The translations under genes were made by a program, and so were the position numbers. From NCBI GenBank assembly GCA_017410505.1, contig JAFQQR010000034.1:33631-97630 (forward strand): a stretch of DNA of 64,000 nucleotides, read 5' to 3'. This document shows, piece by piece, positions 19,928 through 31,397 of this stretch (position 1 is the stretch's first letter; each line of letters starts with the position of its first letter). Source of the stretch: Clostridia bacterium (GTDB taxonomy: Bacteria; Bacillota; Clostridia; TANB77; CAG-508). The notes below the pieces were generated by a model. It saw only the letters and a program-made list of their open reading frames with translations, had not been told where the DNA came from and searched no databases.

Positions 19928-21439
19928 ATGGAACAAAACTTAGATGTTTTTAATGAAAATATTATTAAATGGTATGAATTTAGTAATACAAATAAGATTA
20001 TGCAACTAGGGAAAAATGAAAATATAACTAGATATTTGGAGAAAATATTTGAAGAAGTAATTGTTGTTGAAAAAGTAGAAAATATTAATATAAATGAAGA
20101 AAAATTTGATTATATTTTAATATATGGTGTGGAAGGATATTATGATAGTATAGAAAAAGTTTCTAAATTTTTAAAAGAAGATGGAAAAGTTTTACTAATA
20201 GGAAGAAATCCATTTGGAATAAATAATTGGGGAAAATATAGTATAGAAGAAAAAGATGGTGTAAGAAAATTAGAAAATTACTATAAACATAATTGCGATA
20301 TAAGTAAAATAAAAGAAAAAATAATAAATAGTAATTTAGCAAAAACAAATATATATTATGCTTTCCCAGATTATTCACAGACAGAATTAGTAATAAATGA
20401 AAAATTTAATATACAGAAATCAATTCTTGAAAAATATAAGCCTATATTAAAAGATGATGAAATTAAAGTATTTGATGAAATTAAAGTGTTAAAAAATATA
20501 GTTGAAAATAATTCTGAAATGTTAGAGTTTTTTGCTAATTCATATTTTATAGAAGCATCAAAAAAAGAAATAGATACAGATATAAGATTTGTTTCATATA
20601 ATAATTGTAGAAATGAAAAGTACAGATTAATTACTTTGATTAGAGATAATGTGGTTCAAAAAATACCAGTAAATGATTTTGCAAAAGAACATATAAAACA
20701 AATGGGTGAAACAATAAATGATATAAAAGATTGCGGAATTGATGTTTTAGATTATGAAGAAAATGGAATAATTTATAGCAAATTAATAAAAAATGAAAAA
20801 ACATTAGACGAAGTATTGGGTGAAAATTATAATAACTTGAATTATGTAGTAGAAATTTTAAATAATATAAAAGAAATATTATTAAGAAATTCTGTTAAAT
20901 ATTCAGAAAACAAAGAAAATATAGATTCAAAAGGTCAAGATGATAAATTATTAGAAAATTTGAATTTTATGAAAAAAGCTTTTTGGGATATGATACCTAA
21001 AAATTGTTTTTATATAAATAATAAATTTATATTTTTTGATCAAGAATGGAAAAAAGAATATTTACCAGTAGAATTTATTATTTATCGTTCAGTAATCAAT
21101 TCATATGATTTAGTAAGAAAAATAAATGTAGATGAATTACTAGAAAAATTAAATATTTTGCAATATAAAGAATATTTTGAAAAATTAGATGAAGACATAA
21201 GAAATGAAATAATAAATGAGAAAATATATAAGGAAATGTATTGTAAAGAAATAAAGGCAGTTGATAATTTGATTAATGAAAATATTATGTATAAAGAATA
21301 TATACAAAAATTAGAAAACGAAGTCATAAAAGATTTACAAGAAGATAATAGAAAAAAACAAGAATATATAGATTTATTAGAAGAAAAAAATAGAATAAAT
21401 GAAGAAAAAATAAAAAAAATATTTTTTTGGAAGAGGTAA
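19928..21439 (+). CDS. Degenerate methyltransferase-like + kinase-like + coiled-coil protein
   Basis: The N-terminal half parallels the upstream MTase (YYAFPDY, EFFANSYFIE). WDMIPKN and FFDQEW resemble kinase catalytic-loop/DFG-type motifs. K/E-rich tail. Confidence 0.5.
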   Translation: MEQNLDVFNENIIKWYEFSNTNKIMQLGKNENITRYLEKIFEEVIVVEKVENININEEKFDYILIYGVEGYYDSIEKVSKFLKEDGKVLLIGRNPFGINNWGKYSIEEKDGVRKLENYYKHNCDISKIKEKIINSNLAKTNIYYAFPDYSQTELVINEKFNIQKSILEKYKPILKDDEIKVFDEIKVLKNIVENNSEMLEFFANSYFIEASKKEIDTDIRFVSYNNCRNEKYRLITLIRDNVVQKIPVNDFAKEHIKQMGETINDIKDCGIDVLDYEENGIIYSKLIKNEKTLDEVLGENYNNLNYVVEILNNIKEILLRNSVKYSENKENIDSKGQDDKLLENLNFMKKAFWDMIPKNCFYINNKFIFFDQEWKKEYLPVEFIIYRSVINSYDLVRKINVDELLEKLNILQYKEYFEKLDEDIRNEIINEKIYKEMYCKEIKAVDNLINENIMYKEYIQKLENEVIKDLQEDNRKKQEYIDLLEEKNRINEEKIKKIFFWKR

Positions 21440-21442
21440 AAA

Positions 21443-23143
21443 ATGTGTATAGATAAGATATTTCCAAGAGGTTCAAAAAGAAGAGAATTTGTAAAAAAGA
21501 TATATATAAAATATTTTGAAAAATATAGTGAAGAAGAAAGAATATACAAAAAATGGATAGAAAAAAATGAACCTAATAAAAACGAATTAGAAGAACAAAA
21601 AAACACTGAATTTGAAATCAAACCTAAAATTAGCATTGTAGTTCCTGTATATAATACACCAGAAAAATTTTTTGATGAATTAGTAAAAAGTTTGAAAAAC
21701 CAAACCTATCCAAATTGGGAATTGTGCTTAGCAGATGGTTCTCCTGAACCTTTAAAATATATGCAAGAGTATCCTAAAAAAGATAAGAGAATCAAATATA
21801 AAATTATTGGAGAAAATAAAGGAATTTCAGGAAATACAAATGAAGCACTTACACTTGCAACAGGAGATTATATAGGATTGTTGGATCATGATGATTTGCT
21901 ACCGATATTTTCTTTGTATGAAGTGGTGAAAGCAATAAATGAAAATCCAGAAGCAGAATTTATATATTCAGATGAAGATAAATTAGAAACAGCTAATGGA
22001 CCAAGATATGGTGTATTTTTTAAACCAGATTTTTCACCATATACATTAAATAGTGCTAATTATATTTGCCATTTTAGTATATTCAAAAAAGAGTTAATGG
22101 ACAAGCTAGGTGGTTTTAGAAGTGAATATGATGGAAGTCAAGATTTTGATATAGTAGCGAGAGCTTCTGAATTAACAAATAATATAGTACATATACCAAA
22201 GGTATTATATCATTGGAGAGCACATAAAAATTCAACAGCTCAAAATTCAGATTCAAAACCATATGCTTTTGAAATTGGAAAAAAAGTAATTAAAGACCAT
22301 ATAAAAAGAAGTTTAGATACAGATGTAGAAGTTACAGACGGATTAACACCAGGAAGTTATGAAGTAAAATATTTTGTAAAAGATAATCCAATGGTTAGTA
22401 TTATAATAGATGGAACAAAAATGACAAAAGAGCAATTAGAAAAAACAGTAGAAAAGTTGCAAATTTCAACATATACGAATTATGAATTAATTGCTCTAAC
22501 AGAACAGGAAACAGACAAAGTAGATAAGATAGTAAAACCAGAAGGGAAAATTTTTGAAGATTATAATAAGGCTATTTTAATGTCTAATGGGAAATATTTT
22601 ATAGTAGTAGATGAAAATTTAATTTCGATAGATAAAAAGTCATACATAGAAGATTTGGTAGGAATATGTCAAGATAATAATGTAGGAATTGTAGGAACTA
22701 AATTATATAATAAAGAAAAGCTAATTGAACATAGTGGAATTATTATAGGAATGAATGGAGCAGGAGATTTCTTATATAAAGGGGCACCAAAAGATATAGG
22801 TACATATATGCAAAGACTTTTAATAATCCATAATGTATCATGTGTATATGTAAAGTATGCAATGATAGACAAAGATATATTCATGCAAATAGGAAAATTT
22901 ACAGATGAATTTACAGGAGTATTAATTAGCATAGATACATGTTTAAAAATGTTAGCTTCAGGAAAACAAGTTGTTATAAATCCAATAATTTCAATATGTG
23001 TAGATAAATTAGACCAAGTAGAAAAAGATGAAAACGAAGAAATAAAGATACAAGATAGATGGAAAGAAATGTATAAAAAAGGCGATGTTTATTTTAGTCC
23101 GAATTTAAGCAAAACAAATACAGGATTAAGTTTAAATATATAA
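21443..23143 (+). CDS. Two-domain GT2 glycosyltransferase
   Basis: ISIVVPVYNT, LLDHDD, YSDEDK, GSQDFD and LYHWRAH motifs. Confidence 0.88.
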   Translation: MCIDKIFPRGSKRREFVKKIYIKYFEKYSEEERIYKKWIEKNEPNKNELEEQKNTEFEIKPKISIVVPVYNTPEKFFDELVKSLKNQTYPNWELCLADGSPEPLKYMQEYPKKDKRIKYKIIGENKGISGNTNEALTLATGDYIGLLDHDDLLPIFSLYEVVKAINENPEAEFIYSDEDKLETANGPRYGVFFKPDFSPYTLNSANYICHFSIFKKELMDKLGGFRSEYDGSQDFDIVARASELTNNIVHIPKVLYHWRAHKNSTAQNSDSKPYAFEIGKKVIKDHIKRSLDTDVEVTDGLTPGSYEVKYFVKDNPMVSIIIDGTKMTKEQLEKTVEKLQISTYTNYELIALTEQETDKVDKIVKPEGKIFEDYNKAILMSNGKYFIVVDENLISIDKKSYIEDLVGICQDNNVGIVGTKLYNKEKLIEHSGIIIGMNGAGDFLYKGAPKDIGTYMQRLLIIHNVSCVYVKYAMIDKDIFMQIGKFTDEFTGVLISIDTCLKMLASGKQVVINPIISICVDKLDQVEKDENEEIKIQDRWKEMYKKGDVYFSPNLSKTNTGLSLNI

Positions 23144-23148
23144 AAAGG

Positions 23149-25380
23149 ATGGAAAATATGAAAAAAATAGATATTATAGTACCAATTTATAATGCTTATG
23201 AATTTACAGAAGAATGTATAAAAAGTATTATTATGAATACTGATTTAAAAATACATACATTGGTTTTAATAAATGATAAAAGCCCAGATGAAAAAATATT
23301 ACCAATGTTGTTGAAATACAAAAATGAAAATAAGGATAAGCAAATAGTAGTATTAGATAATGAACAAAATATGGGATTTGTTAAAACAGTAAATAAGGGA
23401 ATGCAGTATTCAAAAAATGATGTAATTTTATTAAATAGTGATACAGAAGTAACAAAAAAATGGATAGAAAAAATCCAAGAGTGTGCGTATTCAAATGACT
23501 ATATTGCAACAGTAACACCACTTACAAATAACGGAACAATTGCTTCAGTTCCTAATTTTGGAGTAGATAATGAATTACCAGAAAATATGACATTAGAAGA
23601 ATATGCTGAAATGATTGAAAAAATATCAAAAAATAGATATCCAGAACTTACAACAGGAAATGGATTTTGTATGTATATAAAAAGAAGTGTTATAGATGAA
23701 TTAGGATTATTTGATGACGAAACATTTGGAAAAGGATACGGAGAAGAGAACGACTTTTGTTATAGAGCTTTAGACCATGGATATACAAATGTTTTGTGTG
23801 ATAACACTTTTATATATCATAAAGGAACACAAAGTTTTAAAAAAGAAAATTTAACAGAATCAAGAGCAGCATTAATAGAAGAGCATATGAATTTACTAAG
23901 AAAAAAACATCCTATATATGTACAAAAAACAGATAACTTTTTAGCAAACAATCCTTTAAAAGATATACACGAAAATGTAAATTTAAATATATTATTATAT
24001 AATAAAAAAAGAATATTATATTTAGTAAATGAATGGAAAGAAAATATGGAAATGACAGGAGGAACATCACTACACATAAAAGATATAATAAATTCAAACA
24101 TGGAAAATAATATAGCAAGTTTTGTATTAGCGCCAGATGAGAATGATTTAACGAGATTTAAATTATATTTATATACAGATAAATATGCAAAAGAAATATC
24201 AAATTATAAAACAGATATACATTATTATGGTCAAATAACATATACAAATAATTCTTATAAAGATATGTTAGAAAATATATTTGATAGCTTTGAAATAGAT
24301 ATTTTACATGTTCATCATTTTTTATTTCAAACATTTGATGCGATAGATGTAGCAAAAGAAAGAAATATATATTCAACTATAACATTACATGATTTATACA
24401 TGATATGTCCGTCAATTAATATGGTATATAAAGATAAATACTGTGAATATGACGATAAAAAAGATTGTTCAAAATGTCTAAATATCAGATATGGAGTAAA
24501 TAGTAATATATTAAATAATTGGCAAAAGACATGCCTAAATGTTTTAAATAAATTTGATAAAGTAATTGTTCCTTCAGAAAATACAAAGGCATTATTTAAT
24601 AGTGTTTATAAAGATTTAGAAATAGAAGTAGTAGAACATGGAGTAACGATTATTGAAACAAAAACAAAAACAGAAAAAACAAATCAAAAAGATTTTAATA
24701 TTGCATTTGTAGGAGCGATGGCAATACATAAAGGAAGCAATATTTTAAAAGATTTAGTAAGAAAGAATAATACTTCAAATATAAAAATACATCTATTTGG
24801 AAAATCAGAAGATAAAGATTTAGCAAAAAACAAATCAAATTATATAAATCATGGACAATATAAAAGAGGAGAATTGCCACAACTACTTTTAGACAACAAT
24901 ATAGACTTAGTATGCATGTTTGCAACATGGCCAGAAACATATTCATATACGCTTACAGAAAGCTATATGGCACAAGTACCAGTAATTACATTTGATATTG
25001 GAGCAGTAGGAGATAGAGTTAAAAAAGATAATTTAGGATGGATTATAGATTTTGATACAAATTCTTCTAAAATACTTGAAAAAATAATTGAAATAAGTAA
25101 TAACAATGAAGAATATATGAATAAAAAAGAAAATTTCAAAAAATATAAATTTAAAACATTGCAAGAAATGCAAGAATATTATCAAAATTTATATAGAAAT
25201 ATAGAAGCAAGAGAAAAAGCAGCAGATATATATTTGTTTATGAATTATAAAACAAAAACAAGAGAAATGGAATTAGACCAATATCAAGTTTTATATGGAC
25301 ATGTTATTAATAAATATGAAAGAATGAGAAATACAAAATTATGGAAAATAGCTAAAAAAATAAAAACTAAATTAAAATAA
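23149..25380 (+). CDS. Bifunctional GT2 + GT4 glycosyltransferase
   Basis: IVPIYNA, LLNSDT and GYGEENDFC (GT2). HVHH, TLHD and WPETYSYTLTES (GT4). Confidence 0.85.
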   Translation: MENMKKIDIIVPIYNAYEFTEECIKSIIMNTDLKIHTLVLINDKSPDEKILPMLLKYKNENKDKQIVVLDNEQNMGFVKTVNKGMQYSKNDVILLNSDTEVTKKWIEKIQECAYSNDYIATVTPLTNNGTIASVPNFGVDNELPENMTLEEYAEMIEKISKNRYPELTTGNGFCMYIKRSVIDELGLFDDETFGKGYGEENDFCYRALDHGYTNVLCDNTFIYHKGTQSFKKENLTESRAALIEEHMNLLRKKHPIYVQKTDNFLANNPLKDIHENVNLNILLYNKKRILYLVNEWKENMEMTGGTSLHIKDIINSNMENNIASFVLAPDENDLTRFKLYLYTDKYAKEISNYKTDIHYYGQITYTNNSYKDMLENIFDSFEIDILHVHHFLFQTFDAIDVAKERNIYSTITLHDLYMICPSINMVYKDKYCEYDDKKDCSKCLNIRYGVNSNILNNWQKTCLNVLNKFDKVIVPSENTKALFNSVYKDLEIEVVEHGVTIIETKTKTEKTNQKDFNIAFVGAMAIHKGSNILKDLVRKNNTSNIKIHLFGKSEDKDLAKNKSNYINHGQYKRGELPQLLLDNNIDLVCMFATWPETYSYTLTESYMAQVPVITFDIGAVGDRVKKDNLGWIIDFDTNSSKILEKIIEISNNNEEYMNKKENFKKYKFKTLQEMQEYYQNLYRNIEAREKAADIYLFMNYKTKTREMELDQYQVLYGHVINKYERMRNTKLWKIAKKIKTKLK

Positions 25381-25382
25381 AA

Positions 25383-26936
25383 TTGAAAGGGAAAAATATG
25401 TTGGATAAATTAAAGAAAATCATAAATAAGGCAAGATATATTACAGAATTTATAGTAACTATTATTTTTACTTTTTTTCTTGCATCTACAATATATATAA
25501 AAAATTATATGGGATATTTTCATAAATTATATCTAATAGGGACTGTAGTTTGCTTTTTGATTCTAGTTATAAATATAATTTATAACTTTAGGAAATCAGA
25601 TAAAAAAATAGAAAAAATATTTTTAAATATTGCTATACCTATAGGTATGTTATATCTTATGTTCATGATACCAGGTCATGTACCAGATGAAACAACACAT
25701 TTTATAAAAGCATATGATGTTTCTATGGGGAATCTAGTCACAAAAATGGATGAAAATGGTGATTCTTCTATAACTGTTCCGGTAGGGTTAACTAGTTATA
25801 ATCATACTGAGGTTAAAAATTATAACGACTTTATTAATTTAACAAAGACAAAAACAGATTATAATAATACTGAAAAAGTAATTTCTACAGCGCAAGGTAA
25901 TTCATTTATTATGTATATATTTCCTGCAGTAGCTTTTTTGTTAACTAGAATTATGAATATTAATATAATATTTGGAATTCTTTTAGGCAGAATATTTAAC
26001 TTTATATTCTTTTTAATATGTAGTTATTTTGCCATAAAGAAAATATCTTTTGGAAAACTTGTTTTAGCTGTTTATATGTTAATGCCTACGTGTATGCAAC
26101 AGGCAACATCGATATCAGCAGATGCTTTTATTAATAGTATATTACTATATTATATTGCGTATTCAATTTATATGATATTTAAAAAGGATAAATTATCTAA
26201 AAAGGAAATTTTGGGATATATAGTTTTAACTGGTCTTGTTGGAATCTTAAAAATGGTATATATATTAATTGCAGGAGTTGGATTTTTAATTATAAAAAGA
26301 AAAGATTTAACAAAAAAAGAGAAAACAATTATTATATTAATTACGATAGTGTTTGGAAGTATTGTTATGTTAGCTAGTTATATATCTAGTACAAAATATA
26401 CATCAACAACAGAAGCGAATATAATTTATCAGGAGCAATTTAATGTTAATTCTTCTGAACAAATTGCGTTAATTATGAAAAATCCTAAACATGTGATAAA
26501 AGCCTTTATAAATGATTGGTATTATATGGGAAAACATTATGTTTATATGGCAATTGGTTCAGAATTAGGGTGGCTTGAAATAAAGCCTTCAGAAACAATA
26601 ATAACAGCATATTTAATCCTTTTAATACTAGCAACTGTATCAGAGAAAAATCAAGAAGAATTTAATATGAAAAATAAAATATGGTTAATGTTGATTTCAA
26701 TGGGAGTTATTGCGTTAGTAGAAATAGCGATGTATACAGGCTTTACTCCAATAGGAGCAGAATTTATAGGAGGAGTACAAGGTAGATACTATATTCCAAT
26801 ATATATATTGTTATTATTATGCTTATCTAAAAAAGAAAATTATGTAAAAATAAAGAATTCAAAAAATATTTTTATCTTGATAGCAGCATTACTAAATTTA
26901 TGCGTTACAGCAGAAATAATATTATATTTTATATAA
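25383..26936 (+). CDS. DUF2142-like polytopic membrane protein (GT-C type)
   Basis: PDETTHF motif, ~12 TM segments, GVQGRYYIP motif. Confidence 0.7.
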   Translation: MKGKNMLDKLKKIINKARYITEFIVTIIFTFFLASTIYIKNYMGYFHKLYLIGTVVCFLILVINIIYNFRKSDKKIEKIFLNIAIPIGMLYLMFMIPGHVPDETTHFIKAYDVSMGNLVTKMDENGDSSITVPVGLTSYNHTEVKNYNDFINLTKTKTDYNNTEKVISTAQGNSFIMYIFPAVAFLLTRIMNINIIFGILLGRIFNFIFFLICSYFAIKKISFGKLVLAVYMLMPTCMQQATSISADAFINSILLYYIAYSIYMIFKKDKLSKKEILGYIVLTGLVGILKMVYILIAGVGFLIIKRKDLTKKEKTIIILITIVFGSIVMLASYISSTKYTSTTEANIIYQEQFNVNSSEQIALIMKNPKHVIKAFINDWYYMGKHYVYMAIGSELGWLEIKPSETIITAYLILLILATVSEKNQEEFNMKNKIWLMLISMGVIALVEIAMYTGFTPIGAEFIGGVQGRYYIPIYILLLLCLSKKENYVKIKNSKNIFILIAALLNLCVTAEIILYFI

Positions 26937-26952
26937 AAGAAGGGATATAAAA

Positions 26953-27642
26953 ATGAAAGTTTTAATAATTATACCGGCATATAATGAAGCTTTAAATATA
27001 GAAAAAACTGTCAAAGATGTTATAAAAAATACAAATTATGATTATTTGGTTATAAATGATTGTTCAAAGGATAATACAAAAGAGGTTTGTGAAAAAAATG
27101 GGTTTAATATAGTTTCTTTACCAATAAATTATGGATTAACTAGTGGTATTCAATTAGGAATGAAATATGCATATAAATATAATTATGATATAGTAATTCA
27201 ATTTGATGGAGATGGGCAACATAAAGCAAAGTATTTAAAGGATTTGGTTGAAAAAATAGAAAAAGATAAAATGGACATTGCTGTAGGGTCAAGATTCAAA
27301 AATAAGAAAAAACCTTTTTCAGCAAGAATGTTAGGAAGTAGGCTAATAGAATTAGCTATAAAAATCACAACAGGTAAAACTATAAAAGATCCTACATCAG
27401 GTATGAGGGCGTATAACAAAGATGCAATTAAAGAGTTTGTAACTAATTCAAGTTTGACTCCAGAACCAGATACATTAGTATATATGATGAAAAAAGGATA
27501 TAAAATTGAAGAAGTTCAAGTAGAAATGAGAGATAGAGAATTTGGAGAGAGTTATCTTAATCCAATAAAATCTATTGAATATATGATAAATATGTTTTTT
27601 TCAATAATATTTATTAGAGCAATAACTAGAAAAAAGAAATAG
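26953..27642 (+). CDS. GT2 undecaprenyl-phosphate sugar transferase (GacI/DPM-synthase-like)
   Basis: IIPAYNE, INDCSKD, QFDGDGQH, GSRF and DPTSGMRA motifs. Paired with the small DUF2304 gene. Confidence 0.85.
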   Translation: MKVLIIIPAYNEALNIEKTVKDVIKNTNYDYLVINDCSKDNTKEVCEKNGFNIVSLPINYGLTSGIQLGMKYAYKYNYDIVIQFDGDGQHKAKYLKDLVEKIEKDKMDIAVGSRFKNKKKPFSARMLGSRLIELAIKITTGKTIKDPTSGMRAYNKDAIKEFVTNSSLTPEPDTLVYMMKKGYKIEEVQVEMRDREFGESYLNPIKSIEYMINMFFSIIFIRAITRKKK

Positions 27643-27654
27643 AGGTGGGAAGAT

Positions 27655-28008
27655 ATGTCAATTATACTTAGAGTAATATTAATATTATGTTCTTTCTTTG
27701 CATTTTTCTTATGCATAAAAAAAATAAAACAATCTAAATTAAAAGTTACAAATTCTGTGACATGGATGTTAGGGAGTATTATTTTAATACTAATGAGCAT
27801 ATTTTCAAATTTAGTTGGATGGTTATCAGAAAAGTTAGGTTTTTTATCTCCAGTAAATTTTGTTTTTCTTGTGATAATAGCATTTTTATTAATACAAGCT
27901 TTTATTGATAATATCCATATAACAGAACTAAATGAAAAAATAAAAGAATTAGACCATTATATAGCACTAAAAGAACATAAAAAAAATGAAAGTAAAGAGG
28001 AAAAATAA
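27655..28008 (+). CDS. DUF2304 family membrane protein
   Basis: Three TM segments, W.S..LG..SPVN motif and coiled tail. Usual partner of the upstream GT2. Confidence 0.75.
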   Translation: MSIILRVILILCSFFAFFLCIKKIKQSKLKVTNSVTWMLGSIILILMSIFSNLVGWLSEKLGFLSPVNFVFLVIIAFLLIQAFIDNIHITELNEKIKELDHYIALKEHKKNESKEEK

Positions 28009-29046
28009 ATGAATAAATATAAACTTTCAATAGTAGTAGCAGTATATAATTTAGAAAAATTTTTACCAAGATGCATGGATGCTTTGGTAAATCAGACTCT
28101 ACAAGATATAGAGATTATATGTGTAGATGATGGTTCTACAGATTCTGCGCCACAAATTATTGATGATTATGCAAAAAAATATCCGGATAAGGTAAAAGCA
28201 TTCCATAAAGAAAATGGAGGAGAGTTTACTACTCGAAATTATGGATTAGAAAGAGCAACAGGAGAATATGTAACTTTTGTAGATACTGATGATTATGTAG
28301 AAATAACATGGGCAGAAAAATTATATGATGCAGCAAAGCAAAATGATGCAGACATGGCTGTATGTGGATTTGAAAGAATAGACTTAGAGACGAGAAAAGT
28401 TGTATCTACTAATATGACAAACTTTGGGAATGCTGTAAAGCAAATAGATTATAAAGATGATTTTGTCTTATTTATTAATCCTGCACCATGGAACAAAATA
28501 TATAAGTTAGAAAAAATAAAAAATTTAAGATTTTTAAATTTTAGAGGATTTAATGATATGATATTTTTAGCAAGTAGCTATACTAAAATAGAAAAAATAG
28601 CATTTGTACCAGAAGTTTTATATCATTATTTTTTAAGATATGACTCACAAATACATTCAGTGAACAATAAAGATGTTGAAAATTTTAAAAAATATTTATT
28701 GGAATTAAAACAATTATATATATCTGAAAATAAGTATGAAGATATGAAGTATATATTGGACATGCTTGCATTTGTTCATTTAGGAATATCAGTTATGTAT
28801 AGAGCATCATATGACAAAAATATAGATATAAAAAGATTGATGAGAGAAACAATAGAATATTTGGATAATAACTTTACTACTTGGCGAAAATCACCTTTTT
28901 TGAAATTTAAATATTCAATAAGAAGAGGAGTTAAGCACACTGGTTTGTGGGGAATATCTATTATGTATAAAATGAATTTATATAACTTATTTATAAAAAT
29001 ATATAGATTTTTAATAGATAAACTTAAAATAGATATAAAATTTTAA
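28009..29046 (+). CDS. GT2 glycosyltransferase
   Basis: VAVYN, VDDGSTD, FVDTDD and PWNKIYK motifs. Confidence 0.88.
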   Translation: MNKYKLSIVVAVYNLEKFLPRCMDALVNQTLQDIEIICVDDGSTDSAPQIIDDYAKKYPDKVKAFHKENGGEFTTRNYGLERATGEYVTFVDTDDYVEITWAEKLYDAAKQNDADMAVCGFERIDLETRKVVSTNMTNFGNAVKQIDYKDDFVLFINPAPWNKIYKLEKIKNLRFLNFRGFNDMIFLASSYTKIEKIAFVPEVLYHYFLRYDSQIHSVNNKDVENFKKYLLELKQLYISENKYEDMKYILDMLAFVHLGISVMYRASYDKNIDIKRLMRETIEYLDNNFTTWRKSPFLKFKYSIRRGVKHTGLWGISIMYKMNLYNLFIKIYRFLIDKLKIDIKF

Positions 29047-29067
29047 ACATAAAAAATAGGAGAGATA

Positions 29068-30312
29068 ATGAAAAAAGATATACAATTTAGAAAAAACTTT
29101 ATATGGAATATATTGGGTACAGGCATTAATGCCTTTAACTCGTTATTTTTTATGATAGCGGTAACAAGAATAAATGGTATAGATAATGCAGGAATTTTCA
29201 CAATTGCATTTTCTACAGCATGCATAATTTATGTTATAGGAGTATATGCAGGGAGAATATATCAGGTAACTGAACATGATAAAACAATAACAAATAAAGA
29301 ATATATAGCAAACAGGATAATTACAACAGTATTAATGTTAATTTTAGTAATAATATTTTGTTTAATGAAGGGTTACTCGATATTTAAGTCGACTATATTT
29401 GTATTATTAACTACATATAAAGCATTAGAAGCATTTAGTGATGTTATTTATGGAATATTACAAAAAAATGAAAAACTTGATATTGTTGGAAAATCACTAT
29501 TTTTTAAATCCATTATATCAGTAATAGTATTTGTAGCAATAGATTCTCTGACAAAAAATTTAATAATATCTATATGTACGATGTTACTAATAAATACGAT
29601 TATACTATTTGTATATGATTTTAAAAACAGCAAAAAATATATAGATTTAAAAGCAAAAATAAATAAAAAGAATATATTAAAAATTTTTAAAGCAGGATTT
29701 TTTACTTTTGCAATATCCTTTTTGGGAATGTATATTTTAAATGCTCCTAAATATGCGATTGATAGTTATTTAGAAAATAATTATCAAACAATATTTGGAA
29801 TAATTGTAATGCCAGCAACAATAATAGGCCTTGTAGCACAGTTTTTAATACATCCATATTTAAATCAAATTTTAGCATTATATGAAGAGCATAATTTAAA
29901 GGGATTAAATAAACTTATATTAAGATTAATAATCGTGATTTTAGGATTTGGAGCTATATCATCAATATTAGCATATTTATTGGGACCAGAAGTTTTAGGA
30001 TTGGTGTATGGGGTAGACTTAACTGCATACAGATTAGGATTATTAATTATTATAATAGCATCAACAATATATACAATAGGTGTAATATATTCATCAGTAT
30101 TAACAACAATTAGAGATACAAGTTCACAATTTATTATTTATATAATAATTTCTATAGTTGCATTTATAGTTTCTAATATATTCACAAAAGTTGCAAAAAT
30201 AGATGGAGCTGTAATAGCATATTTAGTTATAATGGCAATACAATTTTTAATTTATACAATTTATACAAATATAAAGTTAAGAGTAGTATTTAATAGGAGT
30301 TTAGAAAAATGA
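29068..30312 (+). CDS. Wzx-like flippase
   Basis: ~12 TM segments, NFIWN..G start, located inside the glycan locus. Confidence 0.75.
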   Translation: MKKDIQFRKNFIWNILGTGINAFNSLFFMIAVTRINGIDNAGIFTIAFSTACIIYVIGVYAGRIYQVTEHDKTITNKEYIANRIITTVLMLILVIIFCLMKGYSIFKSTIFVLLTTYKALEAFSDVIYGILQKNEKLDIVGKSLFFKSIISVIVFVAIDSLTKNLIISICTMLLINTIILFVYDFKNSKKYIDLKAKINKKNILKIFKAGFFTFAISFLGMYILNAPKYAIDSYLENNYQTIFGIIVMPATIIGLVAQFLIHPYLNQILALYEEHNLKGLNKLILRLIIVILGFGAISSILAYLLGPEVLGLVYGVDLTAYRLGLLIIIIASTIYTIGVIYSSVLTTIRDTSSQFIIYIIISIVAFIVSNIFTKVAKIDGAVIAYLVIMAIQFLIYTIYTNIKLRVVFNRSLEK

Positions 30313-31289
30313 AAAAAGTATCATTAATAGTACCAGTTTATAATTCGGAAAAATATATTGGAAAATGTTTGGATAGTATATTAAATCAAACATACACGAA
30401 TTTGGAAATATTAGTTATAAATGATGGTTCAAAAGATAATTCGCAAGAAGTAATAAATAATTATAAAGAAAAATATCCAGATAAAATAGTAGCTATAGAA
30501 CAATCAAATAAAGGAGTTGCAATAACAAGAAATGAAAGTATAAAAAGGGCAAATGGAGACTATATAATGTTTGTAGATAATGATGATTTTTTAGACAAAG
30601 ATTATATAGAAATATTTGTAAAAGCTATTGAAGATGGAGAATATGATGTTGTTTTAGGTGGTTATAGAAGACCAAATGAAGCTGGAAAAATAATAAAAAC
30701 ATTATCTTTGCAAGATGAAGAATGGTCTAAATTTATGATTATGGCACCTTGGGCGAAAATTTATAAAAAACAATATTTAATAGATAATAATATAGAATTT
30801 TTAAGTGTTAATTTAGGAGAAGATATTTATTTTAATCTGAAAGCAATGTTAGTTAGCAAAAAGATTAAGATTATACCATATACAGGATATAACTGGTTTT
30901 TTAATACATCAAGTGTTTCAAATACAACTCAAAAGAATATTACACAATTACAAGTATATGAATTATTAGATAGTTGTTATGAAATGGTTAGCAAAGAGGG
31001 ATTATTAGAAGAAAATTATGAAATAATAAAAACTCATTTCACTAGATATATCGTTTGGTTAATATCTTTTTCGACAAAGAAATTAAGTTATAAAGTAATT
31101 AGTGAAGAATATGATAAAATTTTTAAATGGTTAGAAGAGAAATTTCCTGATTATAAAACAAATAAAATGATTAGTTATAAAAAACCAGTAGGAGAATTGT
31201 TTACAATTAGATTTTTAACTAAAACTTTTCTTATAGCTCATAATTTACATTTAGGAAAATTGTTAACATATATATATAGCAAGATTTAA
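30309..31289 (+). CDS. GT2 glycosyltransferase
   Basis: IVPVYNSE, NDGSKD, FVDNDD, PWAKIYK and GED motifs. Confidence 0.88.
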   Translation: MKKVSLIVPVYNSEKYIGKCLDSILNQTYTNLEILVINDGSKDNSQEVINNYKEKYPDKIVAIEQSNKGVAITRNESIKRANGDYIMFVDNDDFLDKDYIEIFVKAIEDGEYDVVLGGYRRPNEAGKIIKTLSLQDEEWSKFMIMAPWAKIYKKQYLIDNNIEFLSVNLGEDIYFNLKAMLVSKKIKIIPYTGYNWFFNTSSVSNTTQKNITQLQVYELLDSCYEMVSKEGLLEENYEIIKTHFTRYIVWLISFSTKKLSYKVISEEYDKIFKWLEEKFPDYKTNKMISYKKPVGELFTIRFLTKTFLIAHNLHLGKLLTYIYSKI

Positions 31290-31397
31290 TTTTATAATAA
31301 CAAGTACTTGTTAAAATATTCATAAAAAAATATATTGACTAAACTATTATAAAAATATACAATTTAATTAGAGTATAATAGCACAGGAGGTAATGTT

